A DNA stretch of 63,345 nt, filler included, from Welwitschia mirabilis (GCA_051453625.1; 4 parts of one record of this genome joined end to end with filler, not necessarily neighbours in it), one strand, 5' to 3'; positions 38,213 through 53,336 are shown, counted from the whole stretch's first letter. Notes: generated by a model not told the origin, from the letters alone. A program made the numbers and translations.

Positions 38213-41200
38213 GTTGATATAAACATTTTTATGGAATCCTAAAAGATAATGTCTAAGTGTATCAAGGCAAAAGATAATTGCTAACATTTCTTTCTTTGTA
38301 GTAGTATAATTCATTTGAGTTCTAGAAAAAGTTTTACAATGATAAGATATAACTTTAAAATCATTTTCATACTTTTTACAAAGCACTCCATCCACAGCAA
38401 AATCACTAGCATCACACATTAACTCAAAATATTTTTTTCCAATTAGGTCCCTTTTTAATAGGAGTATAAGAAAGTTTACATTTAAGTTTATCGAAAGCAA
38501 GCTGATAAGATTCATTTCAATAAAATTTAATTTCTTTTTCTAATAAAGAGTAAAGGGGTTTATAAATTTTTGCATAATCCTGAATAAACAAAGGATAAAA
38601 ACCATAATGACCAAGAAAGAATCGAACTTGTTTTACATTACTTGGGAGAATTAGGTTTTGAATGATANNNNNNNNNNNNNNNNNNNNNNNNNNNNNNNNN
38701 NNNNNNNNNNNNNNNNNNNNNNNNNNNNNNNNNNNNNNNNNNNNNNNNNNNNNNNNNNNNNNNNNNNAAAGAATTGAACTTGTTTTACATTACTTGGGAG
38801 AATTAGGTTTTGAATGATACCAACTTTTTTAGAGTCCATCCTAATCCCCTTTTTTGAAATATTATGACCTACAATAATTCCACTCTTAACTAAAAATAAT
38901 CTTTTCTTCCAACTCAAATATAGACCATTAGAAATGCATCTATTAAGTACTTTCTCTAATCTATTTAAGATTTATTTAAAACTTTAAACATAGATAGAGA
39001 AGTCATCCACAAAAATTTGTATTGAATCCTCTATTATATTAAAAAAAATACTCATATTGCATGTTAAAAAGTATCAGGAGCATCGTAACGTCTAAAAATA
39101 ATGCGTCTAAATACAAAAGTATCAAAAGATAAAGAAAAATTCATTTTATTCTAATCCTCACTTGCAATACAAGACTAATTATAACCACTATATCCACAAA
39201 GAAAACAATAAAATTCATGTCCTAAATTCTATTGAGTATCTAATCAAAAAAAGGTAAAGGACAATATTTTTTTTTTTGTTACTTCATTTAATTTTTTGAA
39301 ATCAATGCACATTCTCCATTTCCCATCTTTCTTAAGTACTACTGTCAAAGAGCTAATCCACTCACTATCATCTATGGCATAAATGATTCTAGCATCCATT
39401 AATTTAATGATTTCATCTTTTGCAACTTGATTAAGGGCTAGATTAAGTATACATTAGGGTTATCTAATAGGTTTTGCATTATCCTCTAGGCATATTTTAT
39501 GTTAAACAATTGAGGTAGGAATGGCTGTTAAATATTTATGAGGCCAAGCAAACACATTTATCTTAGATTGTAAAAGTGAGATTAAGCTCGATTCTTGTTG
39601 AGGGAATAGATTTTTATTTATTATCAAAGATTTGTTTTGATCATTACACAAAAAGATATATTTTAGTCCACTGGGTTAAGGTTTTAGATTTAGATTTAAA
39701 TTCAAATTTTTATTTCTTGTTAAATTTTCATGAAAAGTGACTATTGTTGAATGTCATTAGTGGACAACCACCCTCAAAATAAGAAATCTTAGTTTTGCTT
39801 AGATCTTAGACTTCTACATAGTTGATAGATTTATTAATTTTACTCTCTAGATCAACATAATCAATTTCTGAATGGTCAAAATCAAGTTAATCATCAAAAT
39901 CTTTTAAGTTGTCTACTTCTAGTTGATCATTAATTAAGATTAACTCATAAAGCATTGACCATCTTTCTTCAAGTGGACGATGTTATAGAAATAAACTTGG
40001 TCTAATCTTTTCTTCCACATTCAAATCATTACCTAAATCTTTTTTAGCAACATCAAGCACTCTTATTGTGAACTTCTTATTTTTTAAATGACACTCCATC
40101 ATTCATGTTCTAGTATCTATAATACAATGGCTATTGCATAAAAATCTCTATCTAAAAGTAATGGACAACCATCATTTTGTTTAACTTTATTATAACCACA
40201 TCAATAGGGTAGAATGATTCTTAAATTTGAATTACTAAATCTTTAATCATGCCTAAATGTTTTTTAACTAATGTATCTGCTAATACTAAGACAATCCTTA
40301 TAGGCTCTACTCTACTTTTCAACCCAAGTCATTGATAAATGTAAAAGGGCATAATGTTGACACTTNNNNNNNNNNNNNNNNNNNNNNNNNNNNNNNNNNN
40401 NNNNNNNNNNNNNNNNNNNNNNNNNNNNNNNNNNNNNNNNNNNNNNNNNNNNNNNNNNNNNNNNNNNNNNNNNNNNNNNNNNNNNNNNNNNNNNNNNNAC
40501 TTTACTAAAGATTGTGCATTTTTGTTTCATCCTAATCAGGTCTTTTCACAACTTATAATATTTAGGATTCTCTTGCAAAACTTTCCAAAGTGATAAATTT
40601 ACACTTACATTTTGTATTAAGACTTTAAGATGTTCATCAAAACTAAGATTAGTGTTCAATATATTAAGCCAAGGGGTATCAGGTTTCTTATCTTTTTCAT
40701 AAGAAGGATTTTTCTATTTATTGTTTAAGGGAGAAGCAAAAGAATGATTTTCGGAAATTTCTAATCATCTTTTTCCTCATCATTTTTATTACTTTGAAAT
40801 GTTAAGACGCATCGGTAGGAGGTGTTGTCTCATTTCTACTTTTTGTCACAACCTTATAATCTTTATTATTTTCATTGGGGTTTGGTATAGGTTGTATACA
40901 AAGTAACTCTTGTGGTCTTTGATTAGTAAGTATCTTTTGTTATAAAATACTAACAAGATTTTCAATGTTGGAATTTGTTCTTTCTTAAGTTTTTTTCAAC
41001 TCATCAATGGAATTCCTAAGTGAATCACTTCAATTTTATGAGTTGGATGAGCTTACTTGATTATTGGAGTTGTTTGGTTGAAAATTTTACATTCTTAAAT
41101 CTTTTTCTAAATGGTTATAAATTAGGATGATTTGTTTAAAAATTTTTTAAATTTGGTTATCCAGTCATCCTAGGTTAGAAATTGTTTTAAGTTTAGACTT

Positions 41201-44200
41201 AACTTTGGTTTTGATTTTGATTTTAATTTCTAAAGTTTAAAAACCTTTGATTAAAAACACATGCCTCTCTCATAAATTCTTTGTTTATATATTGATAATA
41301 AAGGATAATATTTTATCACATGGTAGTTATCTTCACATAAATCACAGGTTGGAGCTACAATCACACTTTTTTCTATTGTCATCTTTGCATCTAAAATCAT
41401 AAGTATATTTCTTTAAAGTTGAGGTGAAATAGTTAATGACATTAGTTGGTTATTTTTAAATTTTTACTTTCTCCTTATCTACTTAACTTCTTTAAAATCT
41501 TTAATGATTTGACCTACTATACAATTTTATTTAGATGAGGGTTTAGGCCAAGTTTGACTTACTTCCACTAACTTTTTCAACATTTTGCANNNNNNNNNNN
41601 NNNNNNNNNNNNNNNNNNNNNNNNNNNNNNNNNNNNNNNNNNNNNNNNNNNNNNNNNNNNNNNNNNNNNNNNNNNNNNNNNNNNNNNNNTTTTGATTTTG
41701 ATTTCTAAAGTTTAAAAACCTTTGATTAAAAAAACATGCCTCTCTCATAAATTCTTTATTTATATATTGATAATAAAGGATAATCTTTCATCACATGGTA
41801 GTTGTCTTCACATAAATCACAGGTTGGAGGTACAATCACACTTTTTTCTGTTGTCATCTTTGCATCTAAAATCATAAGTATATTTCTTTAAAGTTGAGGT
41901 GAAATTGTTAATGACATTAGTTAGTTATTTTTAAATTTTTACTTCCTCCTTATCTACTTAACTTCTTTAAAATCTTTAATGATTTGACCTACTATACAAT
42001 TTTCTTTAGATNNNNNNNNNNNNNNNNNNNNNNNNNNNNNNNNNNNNNNNNNNNNNNNNNNNNNNNNNNNNNNNNNNNNNNNNNNNNNNNNNNNNNNNNN
42101 NNNNNNNNNNNNNNNNNNNNNNNNNNNNNNNNNNNNNNNNNNNNNNNNNNNNNNNNNNNNNNNNNNNNNNNNNNNNNNNNNNNNNNNNNNNNNNNNNNNN
42201 NNNNNNNNNNNNNNNNNNNNNNNNNNNNNNNNNNNNNNNNNNNNNNNNNNNNNNNNNNNNNNNNNNNNNNNNNNNNNNNNNNNNNNNNNNNNNNNNNNNN
42301 NNNNNNNNNNNNNNNNNNNNNNNNNNNNNNNNNNNNNNNNNNNNNNNNNNNNNNNNNNNNNNNNNNNNNNNNNNNNNNNNNNNNNNNNNNNNNNNNNNNN
42401 NNNNNNNNNNNNNNNNNNNNNNNNNNNNNNNNNNNNNNNNNNNNNNNNNNNNNNNNNNNNNNNNNNNNNNNNNNNNNNNNNNNNNNNNNNNNNNNNNNNN
42501 NNNNNNNNNNNNNNNNNNNNNNNNNNNNNNNNNNNNNNNNNNNNNNNNNNNNNNNNNNNNNNNNNNTAAGTTTCTTAATTTGATTATTGAGTTTACTATA
42601 AAAGTAATCTACTAGTTCTTCTTTAAAAAAAGTATCTACAGGTTTTGAATATAAAGCAACAAAAAATCTTTTATAAGTAGAGGCATAATCTTCGTTAAGC
42701 TATTATTGGAAGTTAGTTACTTCTTTCTTACATTTTCTTATGATTGTTTCACTCATGAACCTTTTTATGAAAGCTTTTATACTTAACTTCATTTTTTTAA
42801 ACTTTTATGGGGAAGAGTTATTAATCAAAGTTTAGCTTTTTATTTTAAAGTGATGGGAAAAATTACTCTTTTATTACCATTTTTGAAAGTAAGTATTAAC
42901 TATTCGATGTTGGTAATATGTTGTAAAGGATCTTCATCATGTTCACCACTAAAAATGAGGTAAGTTTTTAAATTCTTAAGTTCAACATCATCACCAAAAG
43001 GTAAATCANNNNNNNNNNNNNNNNNNNNNNNNNNNNNNNNNNNNNNNNNNNNNNNNNNNNNNNNNNNNNNNNNNNNNNNNNNNNNNNNNNNNNNNNNNNN
43101 NNNNNNNNTCACCACTAAAAATGAGGTAAGTTTTTAAATTCTTAAGTTCAACATCATTACCAAAAGGTAAATCAAAAGTGATTTAGATTTCATATTTTTA
43201 TTATCTATAATCTCTTTAAGTATGACATTGGTATTAGGATTTATAGGTGTAGTTATAGGGATTCCAATAACAAGAAGTAGATTAGGCAAAGCTACTTGCT
43301 TTTATTTTTGTGACAAACTAGACGTATTTAAAAAATTATTTTCTTCTAAACTATCATCTAAACAATCTTCAGATAAATTTTCTTTTGTAAAATTTGATTT
43401 TGAAATAGTAAATGTAAAAATTTCTAGAATTTTTAAAATTTGTGTGCCTTTAATATACATACCTTAGTTAAATTTGAAGTCAGTCAAATCTTTTTAGATG
43501 TTTTCCTCTATGAACAGCCACTTTCTTTGGTACTTTTCTTTCTTACCATCTTTTATCATATCCCAGCATGCTTAGTTTTTATGTTTAGTGTGCACCATCC
43601 CTGTGGTTATCCAGATGATATGTCTAGATGATAGAAAACATAGAAAATGAAAAAAAATAAAAAAAATAGAAAATAGAAGTACGAAATAATAGACATAGAA
43701 AACACTGAAAATAGANNNNNNNNNNNNNNNNNNNNNNNNNNNNNNNNNNNNNNNNNNNNNNNNNNNNNNNNNNNNNNNNNNNNNNNNNNNNNNNNNNNNN
43801 NNNNNNNNNNNNNNNAAAATAGAAGTACGAAATAATAGACATAGAAAACACTGAAAATAGACTGTTGTCCTTCTAAGTCATCTAGATGATAGAGGAAATG
43901 ATAGGAAAATCCTAATTTTTTTTTAAAAAAGTGGTCATCATTACTACACGTCATCTAGACAATGGAGTAGATGACAGAGCATTTATTTTAAAACACAAAA
44001 CAGAAACTACAGAAAGAAAAATCTATACTACTATAGCTAAAAGTATAGCACTACTACAAGCAACTATCTGAATCAATATTTAAATATTTACCTGAGTAAT
44101 GATAATCCTCAAACTCTAAATAGCATTCCCTAGCAACGGCACCAATATGTTGTGGTGTTTATTTGTGCAAATGTTATGCTCCTAAGAAGATCCTATCATT

Positions 44201-45110
44201 TACAAATGAATATAGATTTTGCATAATACAACACACTAATATAGATGGGAGTTGATCCAAATATCATATTCTCATTGAAGGTGTAGGCTAGAAGTAAGAT
44301 AATTGATTTTAAGATTAAACACTTACATACTTCAATAGTAAAAATAAATAATAATGTAGAAAATTATAATGCAAAAACACTTATGCAAATGTAAGCTAAA
44401 TTCAACTTCTGCCTAATTACTAGATTGTCCTATGATAGAGATTAGTCCTGTATAACCTAGATTAATTAAAAAATGCCATCACTAGGTCAAGACTAACCTA
44501 AGCTATTAGATGCATCAAATAAAATAAAAAATCATGCAAGNNNNNNNNNNAGTTTAGTCTAATAAGGAATGTTAATGCACCTAAACTAACAATGCTCAAT
44601 CTTAACAAAAGTTACCCTATTAATCTGTATCACTTAAAAAGCTTTTATAGAATCAGAATCAATATAAACTATAAGAGATATGTACATAATTATCATATGA
44701 AAATAAAAAATAGTTCTTTAAATTAGTTTCAAATCAACATCTGTGTTACAAATTAATCACATCTCAATGAAGGAATCATAGCCCAGTACTAAGGAAGACA
44801 TGTCTCTACAACTATTATGGATGGATCTCTAGCTCATTAATCTCCTATGACGTGAATTTTTGATGCAAGAAAAGATGAACAGGAGTCAAGGATAGAGTCG
44901 ATACTTATTAACAAAAAGAGATTCAAAAATAAACAAGACAAGCAGATGTGAACACAACCCTAACAACTGTGCAAGAAACACAGAGATAAACGGTCAAAGT
45001 TAGATAAAGTTCAGTGAAGCATTATTTCAAATGTCATCTTGTTGTCCCTCTAGATGATATAGGAGACAAATCCACCTCATAATAATTCCATGTCATTTAT
45101 CAAATTGATT
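38213..45110 (-). mobile_element. Athila-like element: partial 5' LTR (44148-~45110), PBS, gag, protease, RT and RNase H, all decayed
   Basis: PBS TGGTGCCGTTGCTAGGGA (44127-44144); gag DLPFGDDVELKN...HDEDPLQHI; protease-end VLVLADTLV...LLLDRDF; RT SEWISS...KWRMCIDF...YSGYN...IQIFVDDFSIY (~38990-39370); RNase H FELMCDASDFAV...NYTTTKKEMLAIIF (38213-38440). Confidence 0.92.
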
Positions 45111-46256
45111 TTAGTTAAAATTTTTCAAAGAATTTCTACAAAATTCCTTTTTTAAAGGAGGACCTCTTCTTATTCAAAGAAGCGAATATTCTTTAAATAA
45201 GAAGATTACATATATTTTCCTTACTTAAGAAGTATTTCGTACTTGAATAAATGATTCAAAAAAACTAGAATTACTAAGTATTTTAGAAATAAATTTTATG
45301 GTTTTTTTTTCCATTTTTTTTTATTTTGAGATTTNNNNNNNNNNNNNNNNNNNNNNNNNNNNNNNNNNNNNNNNNNNNNNNNNNNNNNNNNNNNNNNNNN
45401 NNNNNNNNNNNNNNNNNNNNNNNNNNNNNNNNNNNNNNNNNNNNNNNNNNNNNNNNNNNNNNNNNNNNNNNNNNNNNNNNNNNNNNNNNNNNNNNNNNNN
45501 NNNNNNNNNNNNNNNNNNNNNNNNNNNNNNNNNNNNNNNNNNNNNNNNNNNNNNNNNNNNNNNNNNNNNNNNNNNNNNNNNNNNNNNNNNNNNNNNNNNN
45601 NNNNNNNNNNNNNNNNNNNNNNNNNNNNNNNNNNNNNNNNNNNNNNNNNNNNNNNNNNNNNNNNNNNNNNNNNNNNNNNNNNNNNNNNNNNNNNNNNNNN
45701 NNNNNNNNNNNNNNNNNNNNNNNNNNNNNNNNNNNNNNNNNNNNNNNNNNNNNNNNNNNNNNNNNNNNNNNNNNNNNNNNNNNNNNNNNNNNNNNNNNNN
45801 NNNNNNNNNNNNNNNNNNNNNNNNNNNNNNNNNNNNNNNNNNNNNNNNNNNNNNNNNNNNNNNNNNNNNNNNNNNNNNNNNNNNNNNNNNNNNNNNNNNN
45901 NNNNNNNNNNNNNNNNNNNNNNNNNNNNNNNNNNNNNNNNNNNNNNNNNNNNNNNNNNNNNNNNNNNNNNNNNNNNNNNNNNNNNNNNNNNNNNNNNNNN
46001 NNNNNNNNNNNNNNNNNNNNNNNNNNNNNNNNNNNNNNNNNNNNNNNNNNNNNNNNNNNNNNNNNNNNNNNNNNNNNNNNNNNNNNNNNNNNNNNNNNNN
46101 NNNNNNNNNNNNNNNNNNNNNNNNNNNNNNNNNNNNNNNNNNNNNNNNNNNNNNNNNNNNNNNNNNNNNNNNNNNNNNNNNNNNNNNNNNNNNNNNNNNN
46201 NNNNNNNNNNNNNNNNNNNNNNNNNNNNNNNNNNNNNNNNNNNNNNNNNNNNNNNN

Positions 46257-48160
46257 CAAATGAAGATTACTCTAAGTAAAATATCTATTTAACCATCAAA
46301 TCTTCTTATCATAAATGTTAGCCCTTATAATCTAGATTAATTAAGGAAAACTATCATTAACCCTAACCACCATAAGCTATAAGGTACATCAAATAGAATA
46401 AAGATAAATGCAATCATTATGCTATGATATGAAAAATGCAATGTAATGAAAGAACTAAACTAATGATTTCAACCTTAACAAAGGTTGTCCTTCATGATCT
46501 ATATTAACTCTGAAGTTATTATGAAATCATAACCAACATAAACTATAAGGAATATACATATAATAAAACTAAAAACAAACTTTTTATTAGTGTTGAATCA
46601 ATATTCTATTACAAATTAGCACACCTCAAAGAAGGAGACACAGTATAATACCAAAANNNNNNNNNNNNNNTAATAATGGATGGACCTCTTATCCTTCTCC
46701 TATCACAAGATTTTCAAGTGTTAAATAAAATGAAAGTTAAAGTTAGGATGAAGGAGATATTTATCACAGGGAACATCCTAATCTAATAACCAGACAAAAC
46801 CATAGTGGCATCAAAGGAGATACATAAGACATGATAATAGTTAGGTGAAGTTTGATTCATTGGATAAAATTAGATGTAGTTCATCATGATTATTGTCTAA
46901 ACAATGATGGAGATGATGCCACATAAGAATGGATCCATATCAACTTTCAACCCAGTCCATTCAACACCCTTGTTACTTTTCTTATGTAATTACCTGGTAT
47001 GATGATCTGTTATAGTCATTTAGATAACTATGAGGATGACAGGCTTTTGAGTTCTTTTATTAATTAAAATTAGCATCTCTGATTTTTAGATTCCTCCTTA
47101 AAAGGTTAAGTATTAAGGTTCGCCTGAAATGATTTCGAATATATCAAACATTATATATTTTTGCGATTATTGCATTGATTCTCTATTATTATTGTAACTC
47201 TACCTAAACCTGTTTAAATATCCTAAAAGGAACTCAAAATACCCCGTCAAATACATATAATTTGAAATCACTATGTATCCCCTACTTATCCTTATCAGTC
47301 CTTGACAAAGTAGGTTAATAACTATGATTGTGAGTTGAATCGATTAAGATGAATCTTAACTAGGGAAATATCAATTAAGTTTCAAAAATCTAATGATATA
47401 GGATAAAATAATAAAATATAATAAACTAAACATATTACCTTATAGAGTATGAGAGTGTACTATTTTCTTATATGTCATTTGGATGATGGATGGAATGACA
47501 GACTTCAAAAATGGAAATTAAATAATCAATTATCTATGAATATGCTTACTAGAAATTAGTGTTAGAGTTCATAAAAATCACATTATCCCCTCACTTAAAA
47601 TTTTAGCACATTAAAAAAATAGAATTTGAATATGTCAAAAAGTTGTTAAAAGATATAACTCAAATAAATGATGTGCATGTATCAAAAATAGTGGCAACTA
47701 AAAAATATATGCATAGATTAATCAATGAGTTTTAAGTATAATTTACAAGGGTTAGATACATAAAAAATAATCTTAACATACTTCCCTTATGCATGGTTTT
47801 CTTGAATCTTCTATATTACACCTTATCTATAAGAAGATCCTGCAATTACTTTGTTGTTAAGTATGTGGCCTACTAAAAAATACTTATAAGGCATATTACA
47901 CTAACAATATGAAATCATAACCAAACCAACACATCCCACATATGTATTATGGAAGCTTAAAATGACTCTCATAATTAAAAATTTTATGCCAAAATATTTT
48001 AAAAATATGTCCTACTCTCCCCACATGTGAAAAAATATATCTCATATTGCATTAACATAAGAAGAAAGAACAAGAAACATACATTTTTAAGTGTTGTTCA
48101 CTTATATCATCTGGATGATGAGGTGGATAATAGGACTTTTAAAAAGATTAGAAAAATTTT
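46257..48160 (-). mobile_element. Athila-family 3' LTR (46257-~47275) with PPT and 3' internal region
   Basis: Similar to the other family LTRs. The PPT-side sequence GGACTGATAAGGATAAGTAGGGG (~47279-47301) matches that at ~6995-7020. Confidence 0.75.
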
Positions 48161-48164
48161 ATAA

Positions 48165-50700
48165 GATCTTCTTAGAGCATGTAATCTAAATAATCCTAAA
48201 AGTTGAAAAGACTTCCTACCATTGAAATTTCAATATAATAACAATTATTGGAGCTAAATTCAAATGATTCAATTTAAAGCCCTATATGATAAAAAACATA
48301 GAGCACTCACTTNNNNNNNNNNNNNNNNNNNNNNNNNNNNNNNNNNNNNNNNNNNNNNNNNNNNNNNNNNNNNNNNNNNNNNNNNNNNNNNNNNNNNNNN
48401 NNNNNNNNNNNNNNNNNNNNNNNNNNNNNNNNNNNNNNNNNNNNNNNNNNNNNNNNNNNNNNNNNNNNNNNNNNNNNNNNNNNNNNNNNNNNNNNNNNNN
48501 NNNNNNNNNNNNNNNNNNNNNNNNNNNNNNNNNNNNNNNNNNNNNNNNNNNNNNNNNNNNNNNNNNNNNNNNNNNNNNNNNNNNNNNNNNNNNNNNNNNN
48601 NNNNNNNNNNNNNNNNNNNNNNNNNNNNNNNNNNNNNNNNNNNNNNNNNNNNNNNNNNNNNNNNNNNNNNNNNNNNNNNNNNNNNNNNNNNNNNNNNNNN
48701 NNNNNNNNNNNNNNNNNNNNNNNNNNNNNNNNNNNNNNNNNNNNNNNNNNNNNNNNNNNNNNNNNNNNNNNNNNNNNNNNNNNNNNNNNNNNNNNNNNNN
48801 NNNNNNNNNNNNNNNNNNNNNNNNNNNNNNNNNNNNNNNNNNNNNNNNNNNNNNNNNNNNNNNNNNNNNNNNNNNNNNNNNNNNNNNNNNNNNNNNNNNN
48901 NNNNNNNNNNNNNNNNNNNNNNNNNNNNNNNNNNNNNNNNNNNNNNNNNNNNNNNNNNNNNNNNNNNNNNNNNNNNNNNNNNNNNNNNNNNNNNNNNNNN
49001 NNNNNNNNNNNNNNNNNNNNNNNNNNNNNNNNNNNNNNNNNNNNNNNNNNNNNNNNNNNNNNNNNNNNNNNNNNNNNNNNNNNNNNNNNNNNNNNNNNNN
49101 NNNNNNNNNNNNNNNNNNNNNNATGTATGCAGACCATAGAAGAAGAGATCTTGAGTTCAAAATAGGTGATCATGTATTTCTTAAAGTATCACTAATGAAG
49201 TCAGTAATGAAAGGAGTTGAGAGATTTAAAATAGTTTCCCAATTAATTATAACATTCAAAATATTAAAAATAAATGCATTTATGGCCTAGAAACGTATTC
49301 TATCTCCTCAATTATTACACATGCATGATGTTTGTAAGTATGTTAAGAAAGTATAGTGTATATCCTTCTCATGTATTAAATTAATATCATATTTAGGTGG
49401 AGATTGTTTGACTATAAAAGATAGAAGTAGTGTTAGTCTGATCCATCAAGTGAAAATAAAGTAGAATAATTATAATGTTGATGAAGTTACTTGAGAGCTA
49501 GAGAAAATAATGAATAATCAATATCTAAAACTTTTTAAATTTCATAATATGTAGTTAGATTTTCTTAAGTTCTTTATGTATCTTAATTCCTAATTTTTTT
49601 AAATTTCATAATATGTAGTTATATTTTCTTAATCTCTTTATGTATATTAATTCTTAGGAGTGAATCAATCTGAATGAAGGAAGATGTCATATTCCATATT
49701 TTGTAAACTTTAACTACTTGGATATTAATCCTATTGAGTTTTTAATCAAATGATAAATTACTCTTCTTTAAAGGCCTTATCAAAATAAGAAGGTATTTTA
49801 AATTAATATTAGTTTATGATTTTCTTGATTCACCATGAAAATGATAATAATTATTTTAGAAGTTTTTATAAGAAAAGCTATCTAAACATTTATTAGATAA
49901 TCCCATTATGTAAGGAAATAAAATCACATGATAAAAATAATAAATTAAAAATTTCAAGAGGATATCATAATATATTTTACATCTTATTTAATCATTTAAA
50001 TTATGGTAAACATGACAGGTGTACTATATTATAAATAGACATTTTCTTCTTTATGTTATGTGATTGATAGATTATATGCATTATGAAATTAATAAGCATG
50101 TAAACAAGTACATGCACTCTTACCTAGAGCCAAGAATGATAAATGAATATATTTATTCTACCATGATGTGTATCTACGTGATATGTGTAAGGTCACTTGA
50201 TTTAAAGCGTATTTATTGTTTTCTCATTAGGATTAAAGAGCTTATCTCATTATTCCACATGAAAATTTTGAACTTTTTGCATTTTTTTTTTTTTGATGTG
50301 TGTCTTAGATGAACTAAACTTATGTATAAGTCTATGAAGGATCAAGAAGGAGCTAGCCTAAGGAAATGATACATGTAATTAACCTTTCTAATTAAAGCAA
50401 GAAGATTACTCTCCTTAGTTAGGTGCATGAGTTATAAATATGATCTCTTTTTGTACTCCAATATCACTTATTACTCATCTCACTTGTCATTGATAATTCA
50501 TGTACTCTTATGATTTTGACCTATATACCTTTTTTTAATTTATATTTAGATATTCTTTCCTTTCTTACAAAAGGAGATACTTTCCATTTTCCATGGAGTG
50601 GTATTTTATTTTTTCCTTCTCTTTCTTTTCCTTTTATTACTTGTGAATCTTGGATCTTAAAAGCTTGTGTTACACCTCTGAGTTATCTATTGATAACATG
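48165..50700 (+). mobile_element. Tekay/chromovirus gypsy 3' part: integrase C-terminus, chromodomain remnant, PPT and probable 3' LTR from ~49685
   Basis: FQYNNNY...MIQFKALY (cf. EFAYNNSYH..MAPFEALYG), YADHRRRDLEFKIGDHVFLKVS and DEVT*ELE..MNNQYLKLF (cf. EEATWE.E..M...YP.LF), followed by GAAGGAAGA-TGTCATATTCC. The LTR right boundary is uncertain. Confidence 0.8.
49531..49657 (+). repeat. Two-copy ~63-bp tandem duplication
   Basis: TTTTTAAATTTCATAATATGTAGTTA.ATTTTCTTAA..CTTTATGTAT.TTAATTC occurs twice with no gap between the copies. Confidence 0.8.
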
Positions 50701-53336
50701 CTAAATAATTTCTAGTGAACTAATATTTATAGGTCAATACTAGGTGTTACTTAGGGTCATTCTAAAGTAAATCTAAAGCATACATCCAATCTCATATAAA
50801 TTTCATTTAAGTTAAATAAACTATCAAGTGAACTTGGACTGATCAAATAATTGAAATGTTGAAAATTTCTTAGAAGGTTAATTAGAATTGTCTAAGAGAT
50901 GATTACTTGTTACTTACAAATTTCTAATCATGTCAACAAGGGATTGATCAAATGTACTAAGGAGATCGACTACCTAGATTAACTTGACAATTTTATGGGT
51001 TGACTGTCATTGATAATATGAAGAACATAACATCAAGGGTTGACTGACTCTAGTTCTAAGATCAGCTATATAGCTTGGAAAATATGAACATAACAAAAGG
51101 GGTTAATCTCTAGCTTATAGGGATTGATTATTAAGATAATGATTAGCACAAATATATCCATTAAGAACTATTTACAACTATTACAAAATCTCCTAGGAAC
51201 ACTAGCTAGTCATTTCAAGGGCCCTAAAAGTTAATTTCATTAATCCTATTACCCTATAATGGCTATAATCTATATTTTATATATATTTGGACATCTATAT
51301 TAATTATGTTCTTTTTTAAAATTGTCCATGGTGCTTTAATTTTAATCATAATCTCTATCTCTCCTTTTAATATCTATCTACATTCCATTATGGCTATAAC
51401 ATAAGGTTTTTCTTGTAATTAAAGTTAAGAATTACTATGAAATCCCTATTATATTAGTGGAGGACTACTACAAAGTCATGTTAATGTGTAGTTGAAGGCT
51501 TCATTAGAAATAAAGGAAAATAGGCTTATTTCCTATTCATTATGCTTACTTTTATTTATTATCTAGTGTATTTTATCAGCAGGTAATGTTTTATCTTTAG
51601 AAAATTATGTGAATTATTACCATAATTGGATAGAGACTTGAATTTAGTTATTTGGTTAAAAATTCATACTATGCAAATTTAGTTTTAAGTTTTTAAATTG
51701 AAAAAATTACCTTAGCTATCCTATTTACCCCTCTCCTCTAGGATAGTCGGTTATAAAACTTGGTATCAAAGCTTTGAAAAAGGATTTTTATTATAATTTG
51801 ATTTCTTAATAAGGTTATAATCATGAAATATCAACTAATTAATTATCCTTCTTACTTCACTAATGATAATTATGAATTTTTAAAGACAAGGATGTAAGTT
51901 TTCATTAAATTCATGAGCTCTAACTATTGTACTATTATGGAAGAAGGATTCACCCCTCTAATGAAGCCTCAAACAAATAACAGAATTACAACATTTGTGG
52001 TCAAGCGAAGGAGCACATCAAATGAAAAAGAAAAAGATCAAGCAATGCTTAATAATAAGGTCATGAATGCTATTTGTTATGATCTCAATATGGAAGACTA
52101 TAAAAAGGTAAGAAATGTTTCTACTACAAAATATATATGGGATTATTTGTAGGTATCATACGAAGAAACATATCATATCAAGAAGATCAAGGAAGCAAAT
52201 GCTCATAACACAGTTTAAACAAGTTTGTTTGCAAGATGATGAAACATTTATCAAATTTAACAATAAATTATTGAACATTATAAATGCTTTTTGGGGACAT
52301 AGAGAACCTCTCAAATAGAGTTAAATCACTAAGAATCTCTTGATGTCTCTACCAAAATCGTATGAAAACAAGGTCCTATCAATTAAAGATACAAAGAACA
52401 TTGAGAACATTAGGCTTAAAGATTTAGTAAGCGACATCTTAACCTTTGAGTTAAGTCATCTTTACAAAGGTGTAAAAGTCAAAGATATGGCCCCCAATGC
52501 AAAATAAATTTTATATTCTAAATGTTCTTCTAAATATGATTCTTCTAATTGAGTTCTTATAATTTTGATTTTAATATAAATTAATAATTAGCATTCTATA
52601 CTAAAAAATTTTAAAAATTTTGATAGGTAAGAAATTAAGATATAGGAGGAAATGTCAGACATCCTTTTCAAGATTCAAAGCAAATCTATAGAAAAAGAAA
52701 CCCAATGCTATGCTTGTAAGGATTTGGATAAATGGTAGCTGAGTGCCCAGATAATACGAAGAATAAGACATTAAAGAACTCTAAAGAAAAATGTGGTTTA
52801 GCTACTTGGAATAGTGATGAATCAAATAAAGAAGAATTTCATGACAACAAAATGGATTTTACCTCTTCTAACTTGGCTCTCATCATAAAGGTAAATTCTA
52901 GTTTTGAATTAGATTTGTCTAACCTTTATGAATTGGATTTGGAAAATGTTTTAACTAGTGCAAATGGAGAAGAAAGTGATGAAGAATAAGATTAATTCTA
53001 AAATATTAAAGAGGATGTAAATACACTTTTTTACTAAGAAATAAGAGAAGTTGAGGAAGATGAAAAGGTAATGGATGAAAGATTGATTAATTCTTACCTA
53101 GAATTATTTAAAGAAAGTAAAAGAATTATCAAAGAAAATACAATTTTAAAAAAGACAATAATTTAATTTAAATAAGAAAATAGACAATTAACTTCTAAAA
53201 TGGAAATTGCAAGAAAGAATTTGCGACTCCAAAAGCATAATCTAAGAAATAAACTTTTTAATCTTAAGATCTTGCTAAAACAATGAAAAATAAGTGTGAG
53301 TGTTTGCTTTCTAAAATTAATGATTTAAGTAAAAGT
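50700..53336 (+). mobile_element. SIRE-type copia: 5' LTR (to ~51758), PBS and decayed gag
   Basis: U5 CTATTTACCCCTCTCCTCTAGG, PBS TGGTATCAAAGC (51761-51772), gag NNKVMNAICYDL...TTKYIWDYL, zinc knuckle QCYACK...MVAECP and LATWNSDES. The LTR start is approximate. Confidence 0.85.
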
